From a virus (lineage: Duplodnaviria > Caudoviricetes): a DNA stretch of 64,000 nucleotides. Within the stretch, counting starts at the first letter, position 1. Each line of letters opens with the position of its first letter. The position numbers were made by a program, and so were the translations under genes. Below, in pieces: positions 18,305-28,733 of this stretch. The stretch spans positions 8,962 to 72,961 of IMG/VR virus record IMGVR_UViG_2595698404_000001. One strand, 5' to 3'. The notes under the pieces were generated by a model that made no database searches, was not told the origin of the DNA, and saw nothing but the letters and a program-made list of their open reading frames with translations.

Positions 18305-18739
18305 ATGCTAACACTAATAATATTAGGGACGCCAACGCCAAAACAATCTGCTAGATTCAGAATAATTAAAGGGAAAAAAGGTAACTTCGTTTCATCTTAC
18401 CAAAAGAAATCCGTTAAAGATGCGGCCAAAAGTATAGCCGACCAGATAAGAGAGCAATTGCCAAAAGGATTTGAAATAATTGACAGTCCTATTCAAATGG
18501 ATATTCTGTTTGTGTTTCCTCCATTAAAATCTTGGAGTAAGAAAAAACTAAAACAACTAGAAGACGGAGAAACTATATATAAAGACACTAAACCAGATAT
18601 AGATAACACTACTAAAAATTTATTAGATGCAATGGAGAAATTAGTTTTTGCTAATGATTCTAGGATTTGCAGAATAAGGATTCAAAAGATATATGGATTT
18701 AAACCAAGAACCGAAGTTAACTTAAAAGAAATTAAATAG
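18305..18739 (+). CDS. rusA: RusA Holliday junction resolvase
   Basis: KPDIDNTTKNLLDAM...NDSRI motif. Confidence 0.92.
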   Translation: MLTLIILGTPTPKQSARFRIIKGKKGNFVSSYQKKSVKDAAKSIADQIREQLPKGFEIIDSPIQMDILFVFPPLKSWSKKKLKQLEDGETIYKDTKPDIDNTTKNLLDAMEKLVFANDSRICRIRIQKIYGFKPRTEVNLKEIK

Positions 18740-18741
18740 AT

Positions 18742-19602
18742 ATGAATTACTTCCTAGATACAGAGTTCCTTGAGGGGCCACAAAAGAAAAGAATATTTGG
18801 AATACCTTATGGAGAAACACCAAATACTATAGACTTAATTTCTATTGGAATTGTTTCAGAGGACGGAAGAGAATATTACGCTATATCCAAAGACTTCAAC
18901 CTCAAAGAAGCTTGGAACAGGTATCAGTTAAAAGATTTGCGAGGACTAAACTTTTCTTACGATATTTTTGGAGTTCCTAATGGTGTTTATAAGTATAAAA
19001 AAGAATACTGGATTAGAGAAAATGTGCTTAGACCTATATTTGATGAATTATTGAAAAGGTTTGATGCAGAATCATCTAAATCATTAAGGATGGGTATCTA
19101 TATAGGCACTATTGTAGAAAAAGGTTTTTCTTATAAAGTTATGAAATATCTAATCAATAGATACGGCAAAACAAATAAGGAAATATCTAATGAGGTGGTA
19201 AAATTCACCTACGATGATGTACCAGTACAAACTATTGGGACTACTACTATTAGAATGAGTGAGGAATCACAATTAGATTTAAGAAGAGGGTATCCCACTC
19301 CTGTATTCTACGCATACTACGCTGATTATGATTGGGTGGTTTTCTGTTGGTTATTTGGCAAGATGATTGACTTACCAAAAGGATTTCCTATGTATTGCAA
19401 TGACCTGAAGCAATGTTTAGATGAATATTGTGATTCAGTAAACGTTGTAGCTAAAACAATCCCTGGATGTCCTTTAGTAACAGCTAAGTCAGTTAAAGAA
19501 AACAATCCAAAATTTCCAAAACAAGACAAATCAAAACAGCACAACGCAATTGAAGATGCAAGATGGAATAAAGAACTTTTTAACTTTTTGAATAAGATAT
19601 GA
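18742..19602 (+). CDS. DEDDh 3'-5' exo(ribo)nuclease (DUF5051-like)
   Basis: YFLDTEF, YADYDWV and HNAIEDARW motifs. Confidence 0.88.
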   Translation: MNYFLDTEFLEGPQKKRIFGIPYGETPNTIDLISIGIVSEDGREYYAISKDFNLKEAWNRYQLKDLRGLNFSYDIFGVPNGVYKYKKEYWIRENVLRPIFDELLKRFDAESSKSLRMGIYIGTIVEKGFSYKVMKYLINRYGKTNKEISNEVVKFTYDDVPVQTIGTTTIRMSEESQLDLRRGYPTPVFYAYYADYDWVVFCWLFGKMIDLPKGFPMYCNDLKQCLDEYCDSVNVVAKTIPGCPLVTAKSVKENNPKFPKQDKSKQHNAIEDARWNKELFNFLNKI

Positions 19603-19853
19603 ATCCAAAACCAATTAAAAAACAAATATTTGCTGAGATAGTAGATAACGAGACTACACAATCTGGAATAATCATTGTTGGCGAATCTTCTGTTAAAAGA
19701 AATATTGCCAAGGTTATAGCTATCGGATCGCAGGTAGAAAATGTAAAAGTTGGTGATACTATCGACTACAACAAATTTGAAGCTACAGAATACACACACG
19801 AAGGTAAAAAGTGTATCTTTGTTAAAGAAGTAGGAACGCTATTTATACACTAA
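19599..19853 (+). CDS. groES: GroES-like co-chaperonin
   Basis: TTQSGIII...KVIAIGSQVENVKVGD motif. Confidence 0.85.
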   Translation: MNPKPIKKQIFAEIVDNETTQSGIIIVGESSVKRNIAKVIAIGSQVENVKVGDTIDYNKFEATEYTHEGKKCIFVKEVGTLFIH

Positions 19854-19856
19854 TGC

Positions 19857-20105
19857 ATGATTACACTAAATGTTTTTATTTATCCGGAAGATGATATAAC
19901 TAGAATAGAAAACGACATTGATCCAATAACTCCAATGGACCAATGTGAATACTTAGAGTGCACGTTTTACCAAATAGCATACGTTAGGAGGTATGATGAT
20001 AATTTTGCAGAAGTTGGAAGCAACGGAGAATCATTTGTTGTCGCGCACTCTATGGAAGAAGTAAATATGAAAATACAATTAGACGGTGCAATATACCTAA
20101 ACTAA
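19857..20105 (+). CDS. Hypothetical protein
   Basis: 82 aa ORF. Confidence 0.6.
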   Translation: MITLNVFIYPEDDITRIENDIDPITPMDQCEYLECTFYQIAYVRRYDDNFAEVGSNGESFVVAHSMEEVNMKIQLDGAIYLN

Positions 20106-20728
20106 TAAAGTTTTTCCCTGAACTTATCTGGACTACGTTTAGATTCTGTTTTTAATTTAAGCATAAGTTTTTCTCTAATTCTATCAATCCTAGAAACCTT
20201 ACTACTTCTAAAAGGGTTTAAATCAGATTTGATAGTTATTGTTTTTTCTCCAGAAAGATACTTGTAGAAATCCATTACCGCATTCAAAGACCTTTCGGTT
20301 AGCTTATAGATATTACCTGCGCTATCCACCTTCTTAACACACAGCTCGATATATCCTAAATCTTCCATAGTTTTTATATGGAGGTTGTGTTGTTTTAGTC
20401 CTAGTTGCCTAAAATCATCTAATGTAAAAAACTGAATAGGGAACAAATAAAGCAATGCTTCTAGTTCCGAATAATGTTTGATGTTATATAGTTTGCATAT
20501 AAACGGCCTTACAACAATCAAATGCTGCAGCAGATTATACCCTTCCACAAAATTATAGAGAACAGTCTTATCTTCTCGATTGTATTTCCTCTTCAGTTTT
20601 GGATTAGAACTACTGTTTGAAATTTTAGCCTTGTTTGCTATAATAGTTTTTCTGGTACTTTCACTTAAATTCGCAAGTGCTTCTTTATCAGATAATTCTC
20701 CTTTCTTCAATTTTAAATCTTTTTTCAT
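20102..20728 (-). CDS. Winged-helix (MarR-like) protein, possible late regulator
   Basis: ELEALLYL...MEDLGYI...YKLTERS; divergent from the structural operon. Confidence 0.55.
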   Translation of the reverse strand: MKKDLKLKKGELSDKEALANLSESTRKTIIANKAKISNSSSNPKLKRKYNREDKTVLYNFVEGYNLLQHLIVVRPFICKLYNIKHYSELEALLYLFPIQFFTLDDFRQLGLKQHNLHIKTMEDLGYIELCVKKVDSAGNIYKLTERSLNAVMDFYKYLSGEKTITIKSDLNPFRSSKVSRIDRIREKLMLKLKTESKRSPDKFREKLY

Positions 20729-20826
20729 GAAATTTATGATATAATAGTTTTATATTACAAAAATACACTTATTAATATAAATATATTTTATACTTTTGTA
20801 GTATTCAATAGAAAAAACCTATAGCA

Positions 20827-21159
20827 ATGTCATTAATCAACGATGAAGCAATTTACGCTTTAACACAAATGGTCGAAGGAGGCACTGTTTTAGGCTCTTT
20901 ACCAAAAACACATCCTACTAATCCAGGAGGTACCGTTCAATATTCTGTTTCAGGAATATTAGACTTCATAACAGGAAAATTAGATTTCGTACACTACAAT
21001 AACGCAACAAGAGTAGGACAGACTGTTTTAATAAACGATCCAGATTTACCAGAAACTTACTTGGCCGCAATAAACGATGGAGCAAAATGTATTTGCACAC
21101 TTAAGGTTTATCCACCTACTTCAGATTCAGATGTTTCATTCATTGTAAAACTTAGGTAG
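20827..21159 (+). CDS. Hypothetical virion-region protein
   Basis: Preceded by TACTTTTG (about 20791). Confidence 0.6.
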   Translation: MSLINDEAIYALTQMVEGGTVLGSLPKTHPTNPGGTVQYSVSGILDFITGKLDFVHYNNATRVGQTVLINDPDLPETYLAAINDGAKCICTLKVYPPTSDSDVSFIVKLR

Positions 21160-21161
21160 GT

Positions 21162-21374
21162 ATGTCAACAACAGTATTAATAATTTCTTCTGCAGCATTA
21201 GCAATAAGTATATACTCAGCATTCTTTAAAAAACCTCACACAAAAATAGATGGTAAAAGAATACTTACAATTTTAGATTCAGAAATGAATGTATCAACTA
21301 AGATTGTTGGAGACAAAAGAGTATTGGTTGACGAGCAAGGAGAAGTTTTAGATAAAAAACGAATCAACATATAA
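21162..21374 (+). CDS. Small membrane-anchored protein
   Basis: N-terminal hydrophobic helix. Confidence 0.55.
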   Translation: MSTTVLIISSAALAISIYSAFFKKPHTKIDGKRILTILDSEMNVSTKIVGDKRVLVDEQGEVLDKKRINI

Positions 21375-21381
21375 CGCAACA

Positions 21382-23013
21382 ATGAAAAATAAAATAACCA
21401 TAATAATGATTTTGATGTCTATATCTTTCGGATATTCTCAGGTATTGGTACCAGAGAATACAGGTTACGGATATGACAACTTAACCACAGTGCAATTAAA
21501 TGCTCTTACCAAAAAGAAGGTAGGAGACATTTATTACAATGCAGATTTAGGGTATCACGTAAAATGGAACGGAGTAATCTTTGAAAGTTTAGCTAGCGGT
21601 ATTTCAGGAATAGATCCTGCGGACCAGGATAAGCTTAATAATATTTCAATTACTCAGCCGGTTAATTTAGATACTGTAGAATCTTTAGCTAATTCAGCAT
21701 TACAAACAGAAACCGATCCAACAACTACTCCGGCCAACATAAAAGCAAAATTAGAATCACTTACCGGAACAAACAGATTAGATGCTTTTGCTATAAAGAA
21801 CTTATCAGCACAAGAAACAGATCCGAACCTAACTAAATCTAACGTAGAAGGTTTAGGAATTAGCTATACAAGCCTAAGTGATGTTCCTTCTGTTAGTCCG
21901 CCTTTAACTTTTGGACCAGGGTTTACAAGGACTGGAGACAACATTGTTTTAGATAACCCGTTTACAACGGCAAACGAAACAACATTAAACAGTGCTTTAC
22001 AATCAGAAACAGACCCTTTATATTCTGCATGGGATAAGGATTACAACGACTTAATTAATAGACCTGTGAATCTAGTTACTTATGACCCATTAACCGCACA
22101 AGATGTACAAATCAGCGTTTTAGGTGGCAGCGATTCAGAAAGTTATATTTTAGAGTTTGACCCTGACGGATATGATTATAGCGGAGAACCAAGCGGAACT
22201 GGAACAGTATCACAAACTATTATAGATGGAGATACTAACGCTGTAAGCGGTAATGCTGTTTTTGATGGGTTGGCTACTAAGCTTCAAGCAGGAAGCAATG
22301 ACTTAGGTTCTAGTAATTTCTATGTTAATAGTGATGGCATATTAGCTTTAGCTAACTCTAATACTCAATCAACCGTTTTCGTCAACCCTTATGGATCTGG
22401 ATTAATAGCAGGAAATTCAGACGATAGTGAAATAATGAAGCTAACATTAAGCCCTTCAAGTATAACCGCTGATTTATCAAATTCACAAATAACATCAACA
22501 GGAGCTGAATCATTAATTACCAAAGGATATGCGGATGCTACTTACGCTGCTATTGGTTCGGGTGGTAGTGGTGACAACTTGGGGGATCACTTAGCTACAG
22601 AGGATATACAAATGGATGGAAATTGGATAAAGGACGCTGGAAATGTAGTTAGTCAATATGCAGAATTATCAATAGCAGATATAACTGGATTAAATGTTAT
22701 AGACTTTGCTAATATTTCAGCGGATGCTTCTTTTAGTAAGTTATTTAGATTAACTCCTAGATTAACTTCTGCCGATGGAGGTGTTCCTGCTGAGGGTCAA
22801 ATTTATTGGAACAGTACAGAAAACAGACCAAAGGCGTATGATGGAACAAGTCATAAGAGTTTTTTACTAGACGGAGACGAAAGAACAAGCGGAACAACCG
22901 CAAATAGACCAAGTTCACCAGCTACAGGAAAATTTTACTTAGATACTACTCTTAATTTACCAATATGGTATAACGGCACAAACTGGATAGACGCAACAGG
23001 AACAACAAGATAA
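21382..23013 (+). CDS. Fibre-like protein with signal peptide
   Basis: Sec signal ending in SQ; three ETDP repeats; C-terminal GTTANRP..FYLDTTLNLPIWYNG fibre motif. Confidence 0.7.
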   Translation: MKNKITIIMILMSISFGYSQVLVPENTGYGYDNLTTVQLNALTKKKVGDIYYNADLGYHVKWNGVIFESLASGISGIDPADQDKLNNISITQPVNLDTVESLANSALQTETDPTTTPANIKAKLESLTGTNRLDAFAIKNLSAQETDPNLTKSNVEGLGISYTSLSDVPSVSPPLTFGPGFTRTGDNIVLDNPFTTANETTLNSALQSETDPLYSAWDKDYNDLINRPVNLVTYDPLTAQDVQISVLGGSDSESYILEFDPDGYDYSGEPSGTGTVSQTIIDGDTNAVSGNAVFDGLATKLQAGSNDLGSSNFYVNSDGILALANSNTQSTVFVNPYGSGLIAGNSDDSEIMKLTLSPSSITADLSNSQITSTGAESLITKGYADATYAAIGSGGSGDNLGDHLATEDIQMDGNWIKDAGNVVSQYAELSIADITGLNVIDFANISADASFSKLFRLTPRLTSADGGVPAEGQIYWNSTENRPKAYDGTSHKSFLLDGDERTSGTTANRPSSPATGKFYLDTTLNLPIWYNGTNWIDATGTTR

Positions 23014-23017
23014 GAAA

Positions 23018-25549
23018 ATGAAAAAAACAATTTACATATTATCGATTTTATTACTTACTATTTCAGGAGTAAGCGCACAGACTGTTATTAAAATAAAACA
23101 GCCTAATCCACAACAGATAACAATAGCGGACGATTCAATAAAACTGAATGGTTCAACTTCTGTTCCTTTGTCTGATATAATTAAACCTATAACATTAGCG
23201 GAGTACAACGCAATGGATGCGTCTACTAAATTAAAGAATGCAGGGCGTCAAATTATAGACCCTACAGGAGTTCCTACTAGTATAAGTGTTGTAGACGGAA
23301 GTATAACAGTATCTAAACTTTCTTCTGATGTAGATTTAAAGTATTCAAAAGGAACAGCGTTATTATCTGAAGTAGAAAATTTAACAGATGCAGAAAGGGT
23401 AGCTCAAGGATATGTAGGTAAAGGAATTATAAATCCAATTTCTCCAATAGCTGAACTACCTATAGTAGATGGTAGTGTTACTGAATCTAAATTATCTACT
23501 TTAGTTAATGAGAAAATAAATAAAATTGATGATGTTGTAGGTGCTGAATCTGTGATAAAAAACTACATATATACAGAAGATGCAAACGATTTGTTTGTAG
23601 ACAGATATACAAATGGTTATGATTTCGGAACAGGATTTAATGATGATGTATCAACTATAGACGCCAAGACAACAGAGTTTATTTCTGATCCTGACCTGTA
23701 TAGACCTGTTTTTGGTTCTTTCACAGCTGTGGAACAAGGAGTTGTAGGTGAATATGTTGTGCCAAATGATAGACATAGTTTGCATTTAGCAGCGTTAAAG
23801 GCTGAAACAATTAATGATGTATCAATAGCTAATGCTGTTGCTTCTGAATTATTAGCAACAGTTAATGCAAATCCATTAAATACCACTTTTTGGACTGACT
23901 ATGTAGCTACACCTGAAAGAGTAGATAGTAATCATCAAGGATGGATTCAATGTATTGAAGCTAAGAAGATGTTAAACTCTTTAAATAGAATAGAAGATGT
24001 TCAAACTGTTTTAACAGAAGCAAACGAAACAACCATAAAAGATTGGATTTATGAGTTAGGAGAAATAATGTACAACACATTAAGTCCAAGAATAGATTTT
24101 TATATTGGTGAAAATTGGGAAAATGTAGGTTTATCCTATTTCAACAACAGTTCACTTCAACCAGTTATGTTATATGATTCTAATGGAGATGTTATACATT
24201 CATTTACGGTAACGCAAGATATTTTCAACAACAGAAACTTTGATGCTATTTCATTCATACATGCTGTAGCGGTTGAGACAAATGATTTAGAAAAAGAACA
24301 TTGGGCTAGACAGTATGTAAAAACAGCTTTACAGTATGGATTGTATTCTGATGGCACATGGTGGGAATTAATAAGAGGCACAGACACAAACCCTTTAACT
24401 GGTGTTAGTTATGGATGGACTAGTTTAGGTTCTATGGTTGAAATAGCGCATTTAGATGCTATGACAAATCATTTTCCTAATGATAAACTTTACAACTACT
24501 CAACAGTAATAGGATTCACGCAAGGTCAAACAAAATTCATGAATGGCTCTGCTATTTACGAAGGGACAAGTACTACTGACGGTAAAACTGAAAAAAGTAT
24601 ATTTTCATTTTTAAAAGGTCAAACCAACTACTATAGAAATGAGTCTAACGGTGGATGGACTGATACAAGATTTTATAAAAATGCAAGCGATGTTTTAATT
24701 CCTTTAGATTCAGAAGATTATAAAGAAATGTCAGTTGTAGCTGCGGCTGCAAACTTATACTATAAAAACCAAGATATATATGATTTTTATATGTTTGATA
24801 CTTCTAAAGGGTATTACGCTAAGTCATTGACTACTAGTGGATATTTGTCTGGATATGGATATGACGATATGGGCCCGTGGGGAAATTTCATTATAGGTTC
24901 TTTGTGGATTCAACAAGAAGATAATTTCTTTAAAAATCCAGTTAAATTAAGTCTAAGCGGATTCACAACCGATGATATTCCAGAAGGATTAAATAATAAA
25001 TATGGAAAAGTAAAAAGTTTAGCAGACTTCACTACAACTGAACTAGAGGAAGGAGATAATAGATACTATCCTTATGAAATTATAGCGGATGATGAGGATA
25101 GATTAACGGGTGCAACAGGATCGTACATAAACAATCAAGTTAGAACTGATAATCCAAATATTAGGATGGAGTCAATAACAACAGGAGAACCGTCTTTAAA
25201 CCTTAAAAACACAACGGTGGATTGGGAAATAAAGAACCAAACTAACGGAAGATTTAGGTTATATAGTTTGACTAACTCAAAAACCGCAATAAGAATAGAG
25301 GCTAGTCCGCTAGACAATGCTTTAATGATAAATTATTTAGGTGTTTCTATTGGCAAAACATCAGCAACGCAAGCATTAGATGTGAACGGAAGGGTTCAAG
25401 CTACTTCATTTATCACAACAACGGCAGCGCCAACAACTTCTACTTCTTTTGGAGTTGTAGGGGAAATAAGATACGACGAAAATTATATTTATAGATGTAC
25501 AGCAGCTAGTACATGGGTAAGAACTCCAGTAACATACGCAACTTGGTAA
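23018..25549 (+). CDS. Fibre/spike protein with signal peptide and possible alginate-lyase-like helical domain
   Basis: Signal ending in AQ; DGSxTxSKL fibre repeats; FNNRNFD motif; C-terminal GEIRYDENYIYRC. Confidence 0.6.
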   Translation: MKKTIYILSILLLTISGVSAQTVIKIKQPNPQQITIADDSIKLNGSTSVPLSDIIKPITLAEYNAMDASTKLKNAGRQIIDPTGVPTSISVVDGSITVSKLSSDVDLKYSKGTALLSEVENLTDAERVAQGYVGKGIINPISPIAELPIVDGSVTESKLSTLVNEKINKIDDVVGAESVIKNYIYTEDANDLFVDRYTNGYDFGTGFNDDVSTIDAKTTEFISDPDLYRPVFGSFTAVEQGVVGEYVVPNDRHSLHLAALKAETINDVSIANAVASELLATVNANPLNTTFWTDYVATPERVDSNHQGWIQCIEAKKMLNSLNRIEDVQTVLTEANETTIKDWIYELGEIMYNTLSPRIDFYIGENWENVGLSYFNNSSLQPVMLYDSNGDVIHSFTVTQDIFNNRNFDAISFIHAVAVETNDLEKEHWARQYVKTALQYGLYSDGTWWELIRGTDTNPLTGVSYGWTSLGSMVEIAHLDAMTNHFPNDKLYNYSTVIGFTQGQTKFMNGSAIYEGTSTTDGKTEKSIFSFLKGQTNYYRNESNGGWTDTRFYKNASDVLIPLDSEDYKEMSVVAAAANLYYKNQDIYDFYMFDTSKGYYAKSLTTSGYLSGYGYDDMGPWGNFIIGSLWIQQEDNFFKNPVKLSLSGFTTDDIPEGLNNKYGKVKSLADFTTTELEEGDNRYYPYEIIADDEDRLTGATGSYINNQVRTDNPNIRMESITTGEPSLNLKNTTVDWEIKNQTNGRFRLYSLTNSKTAIRIEASPLDNALMINYLGVSIGKTSATQALDVNGRVQATSFITTTAAPTTSTSFGVVGEIRYDENYIYRCTAASTWVRTPVTYATW

Positions 25550-25610
25550 TTATGAAACACACATTTAACATAGTATTATTTTTCATCCTTTCGTTAGGAT
25601 TAAACGCTCA
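25548..25610 (+). repeat. 63-bp exact direct repeat, copy 1 (start plus signal peptide)
   Basis: Identical to 27787-27849. Confidence 0.95.
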
Positions 25611-27786
25611 GACCACAGAGGAAAAGGTCGAGTACATTGTAAGCTCTACAGGTAAGCTAGTTCCTACGGGGCGAACTTATACCGTAACCAATACAGTTCC
25701 AGTAGATGGTAGTGTCAGTACTGATAAGATTGCTAATAGTGCTGTAAGCGAAGCTAAATTAGATGCGGCTGTAGTGTCTAAACTAGATAAAGCAGAAACC
25801 GCATTACAAGAGGTTGCTGACGCAAGTATAACTGACGCAAAAATAAACGCTGATACATATAAGAAATTATACTACGCTGTTCCTGATGACTACATTTCGC
25901 CAAGAGATTACGGAGCAGTAATGGATGGAGTAACCGATGACCGTGCGTCTTTTGTTGCTACATTAGCGGCTGCTAATACTTTAGGCAAGAGAATTTGGAT
26001 TGATTCAGATATTAATTTAGATGTAGAGGAAACAGGAACTAAATCAATTTTTATACCATCAAACACTTGGATAGAAGGAAGAGATAAAGATGTTAGGGTT
26101 TTAATAAACAACTTACTTAGTCCTGCATTTTACATTGCGCTCCAAGAAAATGTTACGTTTAAGAACATTACTTTCTCATACAACAACACTTATGACGCAA
26201 CAATAAGATATACAGACGCTTCTACATTAGCAAATGACAATCAAATAAAAAACTATCTAACAGCTAATAAAAGTATTAATTTCAACGGATTAGAACCTAT
26301 AAAGCTATCACCAGTTAACTATAGATATGGATTTAGGTTAGATGGAGCTAAGAATGTAGTGTTTGAAAATGTAGTTTTTGATGCAGAGGGAAATTTAGCT
26401 AACACATATCCACTAGGATGGATTAAATTAATTGAACAATATTCAGAATCAACATCAGTTGTATCTGGCGGCGCAACAACGGTTTGTGAAAATATAACAT
26501 TTAAAAACATAGACTTCAACAAGTCTATAATGGGGATTCAGGGACTTGTTCAGGGTTTTTACATGAGTGATGTAAAGTCATACTACTTCACTGATTGCCA
26601 AGATGGAGACGGGTCAAATCTAGGAGGTGAACACGCAGGATCAACAGCTTATTGGATGCCGCCACCACATTTAATTTATTTGAACAATGACGGTTCAGTA
26701 AATCATCAATCAAAAGATATACACATTAACAATGTTATTGATTATGGTTTTTTGGTTGGAACAACAGATGTAAGGGCAGATGGTAGAGATAATCAAGGCT
26801 ACTTAACATCTTTGAAAACTGTAAATAACATGAGCAACGTTTATGTTGATGGATATAAGTCATATAGAAGAGATGGATTAGCGGACATTGGAGACATTAC
26901 AAACGGAGTTTATAAAAATATGTACAGTGAAAGTACTACTGATATTTTTGAGAGTTCAAGACAATTTACGCCTCTTAGGTTTGTTGGTATAATGGATAAT
27001 GTTTTGTTTGATAATATAGTTATAAAAGATTTATCAGATATAGCTTCTACATATCCAATTAGCAGATCTTACGGAGACAACGTAACCATGAATAATATTC
27101 AGTTATTTAGCAATACATTAAGCACTACATACACTGGCGTAATTGGTGTTTCAGGAAGTAATAACACTATAAAAAACCTGACATATACAATAGAAAACCA
27201 CACAGATGCAGCTTCTAATTATCAAGGGTTGATATTTCACGACAATACAACTATGGATAGTGGGTCTAATAATAATTATGAAGTAACTATTAATGGCTGG
27301 AGAAATATAAATAGCGATCCAATAGCGCTTAAGCCTAGAATGTTGTTTTCAAAAGCCATAAATCCAAACAATAACTATGCTAGATTGTATGATTCGTCAA
27401 ATAACAATATAATAGAGCAAATAAACGAATTTCAAACAGATACATGGATTAAAACAGAGGTTGTAACGCTAGGTACTGGAGTTCAACAAACACTGACAAT
27501 GAATATTCCTAGTGGTTACGCAATAAATAAAGTAATTGCGGTAACTCAAACATCTTTAGACGCAGGAACTACAGTTTCTATAGGCACGGTTTCCGGAACT
27601 GCAAACAATTTAATCCCTTTAGTTGTTCAAGCTTCTGGAACAGGTGCAATAGCTATAAATAATATAAACGAAACATCCCTTTCAACAAGCGCAAGAAGTA
27701 TTTATATAAGAACAAGTACTGGAGACTTTAACTCTACTGGTAAAGTTAAAGTTACAGTTGAATTAAAAAGATGGAGGTTAAACTAA
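25552..27786 (+). CDS. Pectate-lyase-3-type beta-helix depolymerase/tailspike with signal peptide
   Basis: SPRDYGAVMDGVTDDRASF motif; Asn-rich beta-helix repeats; the repeat supports a start at 25552. Confidence 0.75.
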   Translation: MKHTFNIVLFFILSLGLNAQTTEEKVEYIVSSTGKLVPTGRTYTVTNTVPVDGSVSTDKIANSAVSEAKLDAAVVSKLDKAETALQEVADASITDAKINADTYKKLYYAVPDDYISPRDYGAVMDGVTDDRASFVATLAAANTLGKRIWIDSDINLDVEETGTKSIFIPSNTWIEGRDKDVRVLINNLLSPAFYIALQENVTFKNITFSYNNTYDATIRYTDASTLANDNQIKNYLTANKSINFNGLEPIKLSPVNYRYGFRLDGAKNVVFENVVFDAEGNLANTYPLGWIKLIEQYSESTSVVSGGATTVCENITFKNIDFNKSIMGIQGLVQGFYMSDVKSYYFTDCQDGDGSNLGGEHAGSTAYWMPPPHLIYLNNDGSVNHQSKDIHINNVIDYGFLVGTTDVRADGRDNQGYLTSLKTVNNMSNVYVDGYKSYRRDGLADIGDITNGVYKNMYSESTTDIFESSRQFTPLRFVGIMDNVLFDNIVIKDLSDIASTYPISRSYGDNVTMNNIQLFSNTLSTTYTGVIGVSGSNNTIKNLTYTIENHTDAASNYQGLIFHDNTTMDSGSNNNYEVTINGWRNINSDPIALKPRMLFSKAINPNNNYARLYDSSNNNIIEQINEFQTDTWIKTEVVTLGTGVQQTLTMNIPSGYAINKVIAVTQTSLDAGTTVSIGTVSGTANNLIPLVVQASGTGAIAINNINETSLSTSARSIYIRTSTGDFNSTGKVKVTVELKRWRLN

Positions 27787-27849
27787 AATTATGAAACACA
27801 CATTTAACATAGTATTATTTTTCATCCTTTCGTTAGGATTAAACGCTCA
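27787..27849 (+). repeat. 63-bp exact direct repeat, copy 2
   Basis: Identical to 25548-25610. Confidence 0.95.
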
Positions 27850-28729
27850 AACGGTTGAGGGTACAGTAGGTAGTGATGGTAGTTTAATTCCTTACAACGT
27901 TTCTGGAGGATTAGACGAAACGGCTGTAGACGCTAAAATAGAAACAGCTAACGCATTAAATATATCTAGCCTAACATCAGATAGAACGATTGCTAAAACT
28001 GATTTTGGCGGCATTATAAAGCATACTACTACAGGAACTAAGAGAATTAACATACCTACGGAAGCAATAGGAGTTTTTGAAGAAGATGGTGTTGTTTCTA
28101 TTTTGGCTAATGGTGGCGGTAAAACTATTGTAAATCATTCAAACGGATTGACTATAGATAGACTGCAATTAGAAGGAAAAGGTAAAATGGGAACTATAGC
28201 TAGAAATGGTTCTGATAATTGGTTGTATTGGGGTGCTTTTGAACCTTATGTAAATGATAACCCAGAATTATATTTAACTGCTAACGCTTTATCTAATGTA
28301 AACAACACGGATGCAACAATAGGAACAATAGGGAGTAGTGCAGATGTAGCTTCTGTTTCTGTTACTATAGATGGAGTTTCTTATTTTGCATTGCAATCGA
28401 CCTCTACAACTTTAAATAATTTAGCACGTGGCTTAGGGAATTTTCAGTTAACAGGTGGTGAGACTTATGAAGTTCAGTTTATAGCTAGAATATCAATAGG
28501 TTCAGAAGGTTCTAAACTAGTAACTATAAAAGGGGGTATTGTTGGTGGTTCTCAGGAGTATGTATTGACGAATGATTGGGAAACTTACAGCACAGAGATT
28601 ACTATGGAAGGAACTAATAGATTAGACTTTGAATTTAACACAAATAGATTACCTATATCTGGAGTGGTAGGTGGTGATTTAGGCGACCAAGTACAAGTAA
28701 CTAATTTTTCTGTAAAACTAAAAGAGTAA
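27791..28729 (+). CDS. Fibre-like protein with C-terminal CBM4/9-like domain and signal peptide
   Basis: LTGGETYEVQFIAR...LTNDWETYSTE...VTNFSVK galactose-binding-like pattern. Confidence 0.6.
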   Translation: MKHTFNIVLFFILSLGLNAQTVEGTVGSDGSLIPYNVSGGLDETAVDAKIETANALNISSLTSDRTIAKTDFGGIIKHTTTGTKRINIPTEAIGVFEEDGVVSILANGGGKTIVNHSNGLTIDRLQLEGKGKMGTIARNGSDNWLYWGAFEPYVNDNPELYLTANALSNVNNTDATIGTIGSSADVASVSVTIDGVSYFALQSTSTTLNNLARGLGNFQLTGGETYEVQFIARISIGSEGSKLVTIKGGIVGGSQEYVLTNDWETYSTEITMEGTNRLDFEFNTNRLPISGVVGGDLGDQVQVTNFSVKLKE

Positions 28730-28733
28730 TAAA

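Noticed and set aside
25513-25551. ORF-track start for the beta-helix gene
   Set aside because: The repeat and signal peptide indicate the start is at 25552.
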